Positions 27,307 through 40,439 of a stretch of DNA of 64,000 nucleotides are shown in pieces (the stretch's first letter is position 1; each line of letters begins with the position of its first letter). This stretch comes from Cycas panzhihuaensis. Lineage: Eukaryota > Plantae > Cycadophyta. Below the pieces are notes generated by a model that was not told the DNA's origin, searched no databases, and saw only the letters and a program-made list of their open reading frames with translations. The position numbers were made by a program, and so were the translations under genes. The stretch spans positions 225,129,741-225,193,740 of the forward strand of contig CM041465.1 of NCBI GenBank assembly GCA_023213395.1, given 5' to 3'.

Positions 27307-27820
27307 GTGCTTATGTACTAATCTACCTAAGGGCTACTAATCTAGAGTTCTAAGTTTTAAGGGTCTCCAAGAAAGTTCATGGTTACGATCTTGTCTAATG
27401 GAAGCTACCTACAAGTGGTAAACTAGGGACCCTATATACTGGTACATGAGCTCAAGGCTCTATATAGCTCAGTATGTGGGCTACTGTGAAGGTCAAAGAC
27501 CCCCATAGTTTGTGGATCCACTTGCACCCAGCTTATGCCTAGCAATAGATCTAGCAATGAGAACTTAATAACTAAGGTGGTCACCCTCTTCAGGTCTAGC
27601 CTAGTCTCCAATCACCAAAAAATGTTTACCACCTTAGCCTACCACTCTATATACCTTATAGCCAATAGTTTTCTTAATAAATTAGAGAAATACCAAAGGC
27701 ATGTTCAGAGTGGTAATTTCAATAGTCTTAACCATTCCCCTTATAAGGCTAGTAAAGTTGTTTTGTTAATTCAGGATTATTTTGGTTAATGTTTCAAGTT
27801 GAATATTGATTTTAAGGTGA
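27307..27820 (-). promoter_or_regulatory. structured 5' leader module, copy B
   Basis: Homologous to 295-805 and ends ~38 nt before the gag ATG at 27268. Confidence 0.7.
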
Positions 27821-29434
27821 GTTCTTATAAACAAAGGTTTCTTTTTAAAAGAAAAGCTAAAAAATAAAAAGAATACAAACAATTAAATGGAAATGAGAGG
27901 TTTAGAAAGTTCTTTGAGTGAGCTTGCACCAAGAAGGTCCACTTCAATCTCCAAGGAGAACACCTATAAAAAAACCAACGACAAGCACTTTATTATCCCA
28001 AAAAATGGATTAGAGAAGTTAATTAATAATCAATAGTAGCATAAAACATCAAGAAATCTTCTTAAAAAATAAGTTTTAAGCTTTAAGTAATGAAAGAAAG
28101 GTAAAAAAATCTTTTAAAATTACCCAACTTTAATAGGTTGAAACTCCTACAAATTGAACTTAAATCAACTCAAACTGACTTGAAACTATAGCCCTCTAAA
28201 TTAGATTTTCAATGGTTTAGATGATGCCTGATTTTATGTTAGGAATCTAACCCCTAACTTACCTTCTCTTATATGCTCATATATCTTCTACTTCTCTCTC
28301 TTGTGTTCTCTTATATCTTCCATTTCTTTCCTCTTCTTAATACCCCACATGTATAAGTAGAAGGTTATGTTGTGGTCATTAAGCACTATATGTATTTATA
28401 TAATACTTAGAGTAGGGTATCTTAAATATCATTGTTATTGCATGTAATTGGGAGGTTATCCCCTCGAAGGGTATTATAATATAAGTGCTCTTTTTGGAGG
28501 TATTTGTGTGTTATATTGGTATGCAATTGTCATTAAGGAGTGGTATCCTACCAAGTGGTATTAGAGCAGTCAATCCATTACATGTGGAAGAGTTAAAGGT
28601 ATTAAATAATTAATTTTTTTTTAATCAGCATTTTTTTGTCAGTACTTATTCTCATTTAATTTTTACTTAGTTACTTTTATTTTTTGGGGGTAAATAACAC
28701 TATAATTGGGTAGCTACCCTAACACTACCATCGGGTAGTTTTCTTTTATATTTAGATAGAGACCCTATGCCAGGGGTCTATAAATATCAAGAGGATCTAT
28801 CATTTTGGGCTAAGTGCATTTTAGATTTTTTATCTCTTGTGTGAAGGACTAGAGATCACACTCCTCAATCAAGCCTTAAATAGAAATCAATTACATAATT
28901 GCACCTCCACGTACTTGTGGGTATATAGAAGGACCCCCTAGATAAGCTTTCCTAGTATAGGTAACCATAGAAAACCTATTGGCCATTTGTAATTTGTAGT
29001 GCACTAGTAAGCATTTAGCCCTAGGAAGTTACTCTCCATGTACCCTAGAGACGGGGTAGTATGACTATAGAGTAAAGTGTTAGCCTCTCTAAGTTGCTAC
29101 TATTTATAATTGAGATTAGTATATCAGAGGGCCTATAAACTAGACAATCCCAAACTTAGTGTACTTGGTCAGTCTATTAGCGGTTTGTACACACCTAGTC
29201 AGTCAATGAGTCAATAATTATTAATTTGTTAAATTTAGTATGTCTAACCAATTTGTCACTAATTCATACACAGTTGGTCAGTCAGTCAGTGGACCAAAAA
29301 AGTAAAAATAAAAAAGTAAAAACAATCCATATTACCTCATTGTAAAGTATTGGAGATAATAGTTTATAAACACCCTATCAAATCCCTTTCATTCACATTT
29401 ATCAACTAGCATTCAACTTAGGTCTTATAAATAA

Positions 29435-32400
29435 ATGGCCCTTAAGGTGAACCCTAACTAGACTCAAGATCTCAATGGTGTTATCACACAACTTCGAGGA
29501 GACATATTACAAATCTAAACCTACTTCAGTGAAAATTTTAAAGTAGTAATGCTAGAGCTCACAACCATGAAATATTTTAAGGAAGAAAAGATTAAATTTA
29601 ATGATACTACTCACATAGGTGGGGGTCGCTTCGTTAAAGAAGATGAAGATAATGATGACAAGAACTTCCTTCCCAAGTTAGAAATCACGAAGTTTAATGG
29701 CATAGATGTACGTACTTAGATCGCCCAAATGGAACAATAATTTTCTCTTCATCAAGTTCCAGTAGATAAGAAGATCCCTCTTACTTCTCTATACATAGAA
29801 ATTGAACCCCATCAATGGTACCAATGGGTTATGAAAATAATTGATAGGCTTAGTTTTCAATGGGAGGGTTTTGTCAAGGATCTTACATCTCAATATAATA
29901 GTACCTAGAATTATGACCTCTTTAACCAGTTAGCTAAAGTCATATAGTAGGTGACTATTTCAGCTTATATAGCATAATACCAACATCTATCCATAAGGGT
30001 TGATGGTCTTTGTCAGAATAAATTACTTGAGTTGTATATTGGTGTGTTATGAGATAACATCAGACATGAATTATAACTCCTAAAACCTATTAACATTTCT
30101 ACAGTTATCAATTCTACTCGATATATTGAAGCAAAATATAAGGTATATTGACCCCTCCCACAAACATTCCTAGAAAAGTGACCAAAATTTCAAGTTCCTA
30201 GTGTGCGATGAATGACTTCCTAAGAGATGGATGAGAAACAGTTGAAAGGGTTATGTTTTTGTTGTAACCAAAAGTTGAATAAAGAACATAAGTGTCCTAG
30301 ATAATACTTATTTATCATTGAAGATGTCTAAGATGATGAACTAGTAGAGGAAGCCTCCTTCGAGCCAGAAAATAATGACAGTGACCCACTTAAGGAGGAA
30401 CAAGAAGGTACTACTACTATATATGTGCATGCCCTTGCTGGAATCGCGACCCCATAAATACCTAAACTTATTGGGTATATAAAGAAAATGAAGGTGGTTA
30501 TCCTTATAGATTATGGGAGCACCCATAATTTTATTAATCGAAAACTTGCTAAAGAACTCAATTATTTTCTATATCTTGTTAAAAATTTTAAGGTTATGGT
30601 GGCTAATGGAGGGATACTCTCTTGTGGGGGCAAATGCCACAACATCAAGTTACAAATGGGTGACTATCACCTCTCCACTTCCATGCATTCCATTCTCGTT
30701 GGAGGAGTCGATGTTATACTTGGGGTACAATGGCTCAAACCACTAGGGACCATTCAACTAAATATGTAAGAGCTCTTTATCTAGTTTATTTTTGAAGGAA
30801 TTGTCTATCAATTGATTAGGATAATTCCTTCTCCAACCCAAATCACTAGTTCACACCATATGGAAAGGCTCATTAAAAAAGGTGATACAAGAATCATTAC
30901 CAAATATTATACTCTAGAAGGTCATGAACTTCCAATATAAGGAGATATTCTCTAAGATGATGGTATACCAAATGACTTTAAATTGGTACTTTAGTACCAC
31001 AACTAGGTCTTTCAGGATATTCTTCAAAGTCTCCCCCTAGTATGTGACTAAGATCATAGCATTGACGTAGTAGTTGGAAGCAATCCTCCTTGTATTTGAC
31101 CATACCAATACCTCTACTAGCAAAAGAATGAAATTGAATGACTAGTTTAAGAAATCCTTAATGCTGGTACTATTAGGGAAACTAAAAGTACTTTTTCTTC
31201 CCTAATAATTTTAGTAAGAAAAATGGATGGCTCATTTCACATGTGTGTAGACTATCGCGAACTCAATAAGATAATCATCAAGGATAAATTTCCTATACCA
31301 GTCATCGATGAACTCTTAGATGAACTCCATGGAACAACATTCTTTACATCATTGGACTTATGGTCAGGATACCATCAAATTAGGATCAAGGTAGAGGATG
31401 TTCATAAAACTACATTTCATACACATGAAGGAGATTATAAATTTTTTGTCATGCCATTTGGCTTGACTAATACCCAATCAACCTTTCAAGGACTCATGAA
31501 CAAACTCTTTTAGCCTTACGTAAGGAAGTTCATGTTAGTCTTTTTTGATGATATTCTAATCTTTAGTCATACATAGGAAGACCATCTTTAGCATGTTAAT
31601 AGGTATTATAGGTGCTTACAAATAACTAGTTTTATGCCAAGAATTTAAAATATTAATTTGGGCAAACAGAAATAGAATATTTGTGTTGGAGCGCATGACG
31701 CTAACTATCACGAGGAAGTCCTCTTCCCAAATTACCTTAGGGATTTTGGTGTAATGGCTGCTCGTGACAAGTGGTATTAGAGTGGCCAGAGTTCAAAATG
31801 GGTCTTGTGTACCACAGTATCACACCTGGATATATATGAAGGTGTTAGAGTTGTCATTAAAGAACGTCGCAGTCATCATGCATATCATGTAGTATAGTTG
31901 ACTCCTCATAATGGGGGAGTATTAGAGCGCATGATGCTAACTATCATGAGGAAGTCCTCTTCCCAAATCACCTTAGGGCTTTTGGTGTAACAATAGCTTG
32001 TGACAATTTGGACTATATTATCTCTCAAGAAGGAGTCAAGGTGAATCCTAAAAAAATTGTAGTTATCATGAATTGGCCTAAACCCAAAAATATTAAGGGC
32101 CTTCATGGATTCTTAGGAATCACAGGGTATTATCAAAAATTTATTCAGGACTATATAAGGATTAATTCCCCTTTAATCAACTTGTTAAAAATTTATTTCT
32201 TTCATTAGAATGATAAGGCCTCTAAAGCATTTAAACACCTAAAGGTGGCTTTAACTACCACACTAGTCCACGTAACACTAGACTTTACAAAGACCTTTAC
32301 CATTGAATGCGATACATCAAGGCAAGGTATTGGAGCATTCTTCATGTAAGAAGGGAAACCTTTGGCCTTTGAAAGTCACTTTACACCCAAGGAATAAGTC

Positions 32401-34105
32401 AAATCTACCTATAAGAAGGAGATGTTAGCAATTCTTCATGCAGTTAGGAAATGATAATAATACTTACTGGGAATATATTTCTAAATTAAAACAGACCATG
32501 ATAACTTAAAATATTTCCTAGCTCAAAGGATGACATCTGAGGAACAATGAAAAAGGGTCATTAAAATGCAAGCTTTTGACTTTGAAATCATATAAAAAAA
32601 AGACAAGGATAATATAACTATTGATGCTTTGTCTCGTAAGGAAGAAGGCTCTACACTATATTCTATCACCATAGTCAATCCCTCTTAGATAGTGGTTACC
32701 AAGCAAGAATGGGATCGTGACCTATTTACAAAGCAGATTATTCAAGACCTTCAACCTGGGGTAGGGCATTCAACCTACTATACATGGTCTGCAAATATTC
32801 TTTGGTACAAGAATTAGATATATATATACCCTCACTCTAGCCTCAAAGAACAAATTTTACATGATGTACATGCCTCTCTAATAGCAGGTCACTCGAGGTT
32901 CCTATAGATAAACCACCACTTAAAACAATCTTTCTTTTGGAAGGTCCAAAAAGGAGATGTAAAGAGATATACTTCCTTATGTAAAATTTGTTAATGATAT
33001 AAAACAGAAATAGTCAAGTCTCCAAGATTGTTGTAACCCCTTCTCATACTAAATTAATGATGGGAAGAATTTTTTATGGACTTCATCGTGGGTTTGCCTA
33101 AGAAGGAAAAGATTCTATACTTGTGCTTATTGATAGGCTAACCAAATATGCTCATTTTTATGGCATTCAAGCTATATATAAGGCAAAGCAAATTGTTGAG
33201 ATCTTTTTAAAGGATATACATAGGTTGCATGACATGTCCAACTATATAGTCATTAATTGGGACCCCAAGTTCACTAGTAACTTTTGGACGGAACTCTTCC
33301 ATCTATGTGGCACCAAACTGATAATGAGCTCATCTTACCATCCACAAACAGATGGTCAAACTAAGGTGATTAATAAGTGCCCTGAAGGACATATTTGTTA
33401 TTATACTTTAGATAAGCAAGGCCAGTGGCATCATTGGCTTCCTTTAGTAGAATGGTGGTATAATACAACCTATCATGCAGTAGGAAGAATTACTCTGTTC
33501 CAAGTATTATATGGCTATAAACCACTCACATTTAAGAATTATGCTATAATTAGTTCTAAGGTTCAAGCAGTCGAGGACCACATCTAACAAATAATATAGA
33601 TTCTTAAACTACTCAAGGAAAATCTAAATCTTACGCAAAATCAAATGAAACAACATGCAGATAAAGGGTGAAGTGAATGAGCATTTTAACTAGGTGATTA
33701 GGTATACTTACAACTACAATCATATAAGAAGGCATCTCTCAAACAAGATGGGTAACATAAATTACAACCTCAATTTTATGGGCCTTACAGAATTCTCAAG
33801 AAGATTGGTGAAGTTGCATATGCCTTGGACTTACCACCACCATCAAAGATCCATAATATATTTCATATTTCATGTCTCAAGAGGGTAATTGGGTAGTAAG
33901 TACAAGTTTAAATAGAATTACCTATCTTAAATAAAGAAGGGCAACTTTAGCTCATTCCAAAATGTATCATCAATCGAAGAATTTAATATCTGTGATCCAA
34001 GTAAATCATTAAGCATCTCATCAAATAGAAACAACTTCCATAGGAAAATGCAACCTGGGAGAATGAGCAATTTATCCAAGAGCATCCTAAGATCAACAAG
34101 CTTTG
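29435..34105 (+). pseudogene. gypsy gag-pol pseudogene (gag-PR-RT-RH-IN-chromodomain)
   Basis: LIDYGSTHNFI (protease); [27 protein letters not shown] and FFDDIL (RT); SSYHPQTDGQT (integrase); ENATWE (chromodomain). Confidence 0.92.
31684..32005 (+). mobile_element. 322-bp TRIM/SMART-type miniature LTR retrotransposon
   Basis: 86-bp direct repeats at 31684-31769 and 31920-32005 (TG...CA). PBS TGGTATTAGAG at 31772. PPT ATGGGGGAG at 31911-31919. Perfect ATTTG TSD. Splits the gypsy RT motif EYL|DYIIS. Confidence 0.95.
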
Positions 34106-36022
34106 ACAGTAAAGTTTTTTCAAGGGAGAGACTTTGTTAAGGATCCAACCCCTAACTTACCTTCTCTTATATTCTCTTATATCTTCTACTTCTTCTCTCT
34201 CTTATCTTCTCTTATATCTTCCATTTCTTCCCTCTTCTTAATACCCCACATACATAAGTAGAAGGTTATGTAGTGGTCATTGAGTACTATATATATTCAT
34301 GTAATATCCCAGATGCATAACTAAGAGGTTGTGTAGTGAGTATAGAGCCATATATATATTTATGTAATCCTTAGAGTAGGGTATCTTAAATATCATTGTT
34401 ATTATATGTAATTAGGAGGTTGCCCCCTCAAAAATTATTTGCATGTTATGTTGGTGTAAAATTTCCATTAAAAAGTAGTATCCTACCATTCTGACTCTCA
34501 ATTGGAAAGTTATAATAGAAACTATAATAAGTACTCTTTATAGACTGAAAAATATGAAGATTAGGCTTAAGCCCTTGTACTATTATATGTGAACACCTCC
34601 TAGAGAGCTTAGAGGACTATAAACATCAAAGCACTATGAAATGTAATATAAACTTTTTACAAATACAAAATTTATAAAAAATAGTTAATCATTTTTTAGA
34701 TCTATCCCTTTTGGGGTAAAAGAATGGACATATGGCATTGAATGTGATCAATTTGGGGGCTAAAAAGTGGATTTAAGTTATGAAATAAAATCTAATTTAA
34801 TATTTCATAACCTTATGAATTGAAAAGTTGAAAAAAACTTTTTTTTTTTTAAGTTTAGAAGTTGTCTGACTTCTACAATGGTCGAGTGGCTATACATATA
34901 TATTGGGTAGCTAAATGAGCTTAAAAATACTTTGGGAAAGCTCCAAGGTCAATTTATATTGCATCTATAAGTTGAGGCACCCCTTCTCAAGTGGATTCAG
35001 AGCTTTAGCAAAGAGAAATGGCTTCAAATGAGGTTGTCAAAGCTTGTGGAAGTCAAATGAATGTCTAGGGCTACAAACAAGCAAACAAACATAAAAATTT
35101 CTGTGAAATTGCTTGTAATAGAGCTTGAGCTGCCTTAGAGGACTATTGCAATCAACAAAACTTTGTTTAGATGTGAAATATAGCTTGCACAAACACGTTA
35201 GGGTTGAAAAAAAGGCTAAAATAGGGCTATTTCAACTAAAAAGAGAACTAAGAGCTGTGTAGCCTGAAACAAACTTGAAACTCAGTAAATGTTCACTGCT
35301 ACAATCTCTAGAACACTAGTAGTGGATTTAGATTGACTGGAGGCCACCCAAAATTAAGAGAAAATCTTAAAAAGCATGGGAACATGGTGTCATTATGAGC
35401 AAATGGGCCTCCATTTCTCACTTGTTTCTCAAATAATGCCAAACATAGCATGTAATGGCTCTAATACCATGCAAAAACTCTTCCAATATCTAAATACTAT
35501 ATTCAACTAGCAAAATACAAAACAAAACTATTGAAATAATTAACTATTCAATCATACAAGAGCAGAACTAAGATGTGCAAAGGTTTACAAGCTAATTTGT
35601 CACTCCATGAGGCTCCAATCTGATAGAGCTTTTGCATTAACAATAATTTAATATACAAACAATAGGGAAAATGCCCAATATATAGGTAATACACCAAAGT
35701 TTACAACAATATAATTGGTTGACATATCAACACAAGCGACGAACCCAACCATCCTTTATAATATGATTAAATTTACAATTGAGGGCATCCTAAAGTACAC
35801 CTATATACATAAATACATGTGAAATACATGGCAATGAAGCTAACATTACAAGTTTTAACATTAATCACCTGTTAATAACTTTTAGAATATAATTAAAATG
35901 TGGAGACTTTTTAACGTATTCCTTAATCATTTCTAGAATGTGATTAAAAAAGGTAATTTTTTTCTAATCATTTCTTAATCACCTATGAACTAAATTATAA
36001 AAAGAGATTTTCCCTTTTATTC

Positions 36023-36426
<404 letters not shown>

Positions 36427-37859
36427 CTTGAGTGCATTATTTTTCTTCTTCATTCTTCCTTTTTATCCTTCCTTTCATCATCCCTTATGATCTAAGCTAT
36501 GCTATAGAAGTAACTATGTCATATTCCCTTGAGGTTTAATGGACAGAATCTTTATTTCTATAAATAGTAAGGATCTTTATTTTCTATTTTTCCATTCATT
36601 ATGTTTTATCCTTGGTTCTTGAGTTTTTCTTTTTCCCAAACCCTTAGAGTTTATAATTATTTAATTAGTAACAAAAAATGGTTTAGAAGATTCTATTACT
36701 TTCTCAATGAAGTATTAATGATGTAATTCCATAACTCAAGAGAGTCTATGCTACTATGTATGAGTGAAAATGCTAAACCTGAGCATGATTTCAAAGGGAT
36801 TTAATGGTTTGAAGCGGTGTCTAATATAAAATAAATACCAATAAAATGGTGTTTCTACTTTCTTTCTTATAAATACAAGTGTTTATGCTTAGTGTGACTA
36901 CAATGAGCCTTGGTGGATTCCAAGGGGATTACGATATAACTTCGTAGCCTATATGAGGATGCACTCTTACCTTGGCGTGAATCTAAAGGCTTGATTTTAG
37001 GGTAGAATTCAAGTGAGCTAACTAACCTTGGTGGAACTACAAGAAGCCTTGGTGTGATTTTAGAGTAGTTATGGCATGACTCCATAGACAAATAAGAGGG
37101 TTAACTACCCATCTTTAATATGATTTTAAGGATTTTTGGTATGGTATGATTCCATCTTATCATGAGTATCTATTAAGCCATGGTATTATTCTTGAGCCAT
37201 ATAATTATTATTGTGGCTATTCATGCGATAATAGTCCTATATTCATATTGTGATCCCAACTCAATAGTATATTCTTGAGAAAAGAATTCTAGATAGCTAG
37301 TTAGAGAGTACTTAAGTAATTTGGTATTTTTATATGAAAAGATGTGTTTACTATTCTTAGACTTATGTAAATGCTCATTTTTGTTTGTTTATCAAAAAAA
37401 ATTAAATTATGTTATATTTTATTTATTTATTTAGTCTATGAAAGGCAAGCTTTTAGTTGTTACTTTGTTATGAATATTTCTCTAAAGTTATGAAAATATA
37501 AAATGTTCTTTAAATTTTTTACTCGTCAATAGTAACATATGATATTACATAATTATTCCTTTTATTTTTTTAATTATATTAAGTCTTATGTAATATTATT
37601 GGTACCATATAATATACATTTGCATCTAAAAATATTTTGGTTTCTAATATGATATATTGCTATTTATTTCTATAGTTTTATTATGGCCTTCTAGAGTTTA
37701 GGAAATCATAAAGAAGGTCCATATTATATAAGAAATCAAGTTATAATAAGTTGACTTTAATATAAGCTAATCAACACTTTTAATAGAATAATAGGTTTTA
37801 GGTTATGAAATAGATATTATTCCTTAGTCTTGTGATTATAAGAATTCACTCTTAATTCT

Positions 37860-38470
37860 TATTTTTCATATATCTCTTTCATATGGCCGTATCTAAACCA
37901 TTTATCTAAGTAAAGTGCCTATCATTCTACCACTCCTTTATTAAGCCTTTGCATACATTATTCTCTAGCTTTGGGTATAACACATAATATCTCTATTTTC
38001 CATCACCTCTGCTTTAATGTTTATTTCCTATATATCTCCCTCATATGTCCCTATCTAAACCAATCATTAATATATAATTCTTATCATTTCCCCCATCTCT
38101 CATACCTTATTATTTTACTAACCCTCCACATATGTCATCTTCTAGTCTGACTCCTAACTTACATTATCCCTACTTCACTTCTTATTTTGTGCATATCTTA
38201 TCTATATAGTTTTATTTAAACTACCTATCCTTATGGAGTCCATATCATAATGCCTATGCCTCACTCCTTGTTATTCTTATACTAAATTTCCATATACCTT
38301 ATCTCTTAATCTTATGTATGGGCTACCTTATCATCCTTATCCGTTATTGCCTTGCCTCTTTATAATACTCTATAACTAATTTTCTCTTCTTGCATATCCT
38401 CCTCACATGTTTTTATGTAGTCATTTACTAGTATATAATTCCTATCATATCTATCATGTTTTAATCCTTA
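37860..38470. repeat. degenerate ~160-200-bp tandem repeat
   Basis: Motif ATATCTCYYTCATATG...TATCTAAACC...CCTATCAT recurs near 37870, 38032, 38191 and 38393. Confidence 0.5.
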
Positions 38471-38479
38471 TTCTCACCT

Positions 38480-39300
38480 TGTTAAAAATTTTATATAGCT
38501 CTGATAACATGTTGAAATTTTACATATGTATGACACCATGTTAGAAATTTGATTTACAGGATATATATCAATGTAAATACTCATTAGCATAGAAGAACTT
38601 ATGATTAACATGTAATCACTAAATTGTAATAATCATATAGGACAATCAATAATTCAATTAACCATAAATAGACATAAGAATTATAGTGGAAAACCCTTGA
38701 ATAGGAAAAACTACTTTATAATGATATATGAGATCTTATTAATATGAATGATGTACATGAACGACTAAAGTAACCACAGAGCTCTTGTGTGATATCACAC
38801 TAGTCTCCTTAGAAGAACTAAGTGTCTATATAACTCAACATCAACAAACCTTACTCTTACATAGACTTTTTTCATCTTATCACGAATCGATAATATAACA
38901 CCATACATCAACTAATAAGATTATATATAAGAACCTATAATTTAACTAATGGATTTATAATAATCTAAGTGAACATTCACCAATATAATCATGTTTCTTA
39001 CATATTCATAACTTGAGAGATTATATCTAACCACACTTTATCATTAATTAAACATTATCTCCAATACTCCCCTATAATACTTACTTTTTAAAACTTTACA
39101 ATTCTATTTTTTATCTTCAAAAAACATGTTGGATCACTTAGTCATATTTGCATTCTTGAATCACTTGTAAGTATCAATCGATTACTATTTATTTCTATTA
39201 TTTATTTTCTTGCAAGTAAATATTACTACATGCAAATCATTAAACATAAGTCATAACTCATCACAATATATGAAGTCTCAAGCTTCTATCTTCCTCATAC
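38480..39300 (-). mobile_element. copia 3' end: RNase H remnant, PPT, LTR (38539-39066), then two PBS + LTR-tip units
   Basis: PPT CTCCCCT at 39067. LTR TGTTAG...CCAATA carrying the GGAAAACCC motif shared with the LTRs at 7352 and 20203. PBS-like copies at 38498-38509 and 38527-38538. Confidence 0.7.
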
Positions 39301-39629
39301 AAAATTTACAACAAACTCATCAAATAATAAAACCACTGTTGTCTATATAAAATTATAACCATTTATTAAAATGCATGGTTAACTAGCCTCTACAATTACT
39401 AGTTAATAAGGAAGTGTTTCACATATATGGTTCAGTAGCTTTATTAACAAATATCACACTTTGGAAACTAGCCAAAATACTTAAATAAATACATATAATG
39501 TAACAAGAGTAACTTTGAAACTCGTCTTACTTCTAATCCTAAGAAATAATACTCGATAGTCTCAGTGTTGACTATTAGGTCATAAAATTATTAACTTTAT
39601 AAAAAATTATTTGTAATACAATAAAAAAA

Positions 39630-39860
39630 TCAATGATGTAAACATTAAAGGAAAGTGTTAGAATATGAAATGTAATATTTACATAGGATTATTGTTAGTT
39701 ATTATGTAATGCATTCATTGGTGAGTTAGTGAGGGGGTCACCACTCACTTGAGTCACACGTATATAACCACCCATTGGTCATTCCACAATTGTGCATGCA
39801 TAAATGTTGTAATATGAATATATAAAGCTTGGAAGGGATATAATAAAAAATATTTAAGGG
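39630..39860 (+). mobile_element. copia PPT/LTR fragment related to the 3' end of the element at ~50560-50800
   Basis: AATGATGTAAACATTAAAGGAAAG|TGTTAGAATAT resembles the reverse complement of 50770-50805. Confidence 0.5.
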
Positions 39861-40439
39861 TAGACTAATTCAACCCGAAAACTTATATATCTTAGTTGTT
39901 TGTTCTTTCTTTGATCCCAACACAATCGAGACTTGAATGCGGACAACTAACACATAACCAGTTAAAGCATCTAGCCTAATAAGAATTATTAGAGTAAAAG
40001 AGAATACATGAGTCAAGTGGTCAACAAATATACTTTGAATATTCATAGGATCAATAATAAAAAGACCTATCATTAACTCTAAAAGAGGAAATATGGATCA
40101 TATTATGCCTCTTTTTAAGAATAGAAAACAAAAACTTGGCAGACATCTCTCTACCATTGAGCCAATGGAGTCTCACTCATATTAGAGCTTGTAAAGAATC
40201 ATATTTCTATATGTCATTATTAACACTCAATACTCCAACTCATGAGATTTATTATCAAGCAGTGAATGAGATACAACTAAAGCAATTTCCTCTTGAAATT
40301 TATTACTTTTTGTGGTTAATTATAATTATTTGCTTACCAAAACTAGGAATCTCATGGATTGAGTGAATGATAGTTTGTTCCCATCATAACACTAAATAAG
40401 TATTACTAAACGTCCAACATACTAAATTGCAAGCTTGTT

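Larger units (their letters stand above)
28237..34488 (+). mobile_element. full-length chromoviral Ty3/gypsy element (Reina-like), decayed
   Basis: LTRs 28237-28553 and 34135-34488 (TGTTA...CCTACCA). PBS TGGTATTAGAGC at 28556-28567. PPT AAGGGAGAG at 34122-34130. Flanks TTTTA/TTCTG are compatible with a transition-decayed TSD. Confidence 0.93.
22228..35860 (-). mobile_element. full-length Ty1/copia element 'Copia-B', interrupted in its 5' UTR by a gypsy element
   Basis: LTR pair 22228-22616 and 35470-35860 (~390 bp, roughly 85% identical by eye, mostly transitions). PBS (reverse complement) GGCTCTAATACCA at 35457-35469. PPT CTCTCCCTT at 22617-22625. Flanks TTAAA/TTAAT. Confidence 0.93.

Noticed and set aside
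31684-32005. Cassandra (5S rRNA-bearing TRIM) or retrozyme identity, prompted by GGAAGTCCTC
   Set aside because: No 5S A or C boxes and no hammerhead core; the match is only ~10 nt.
38480-38560. CRISPR-like repeat/spacer appearance
   Set aside because: The units are PBS and LTR-end copies in eukaryotic DNA, with no unique spacers or cas genes.
40037-40044. P1BS-type motif GAATATTC upstream of the NSP2-like gene
   Set aside because: It is 2.3 kb away, among TE remnants, and expected by chance in AT-rich DNA.
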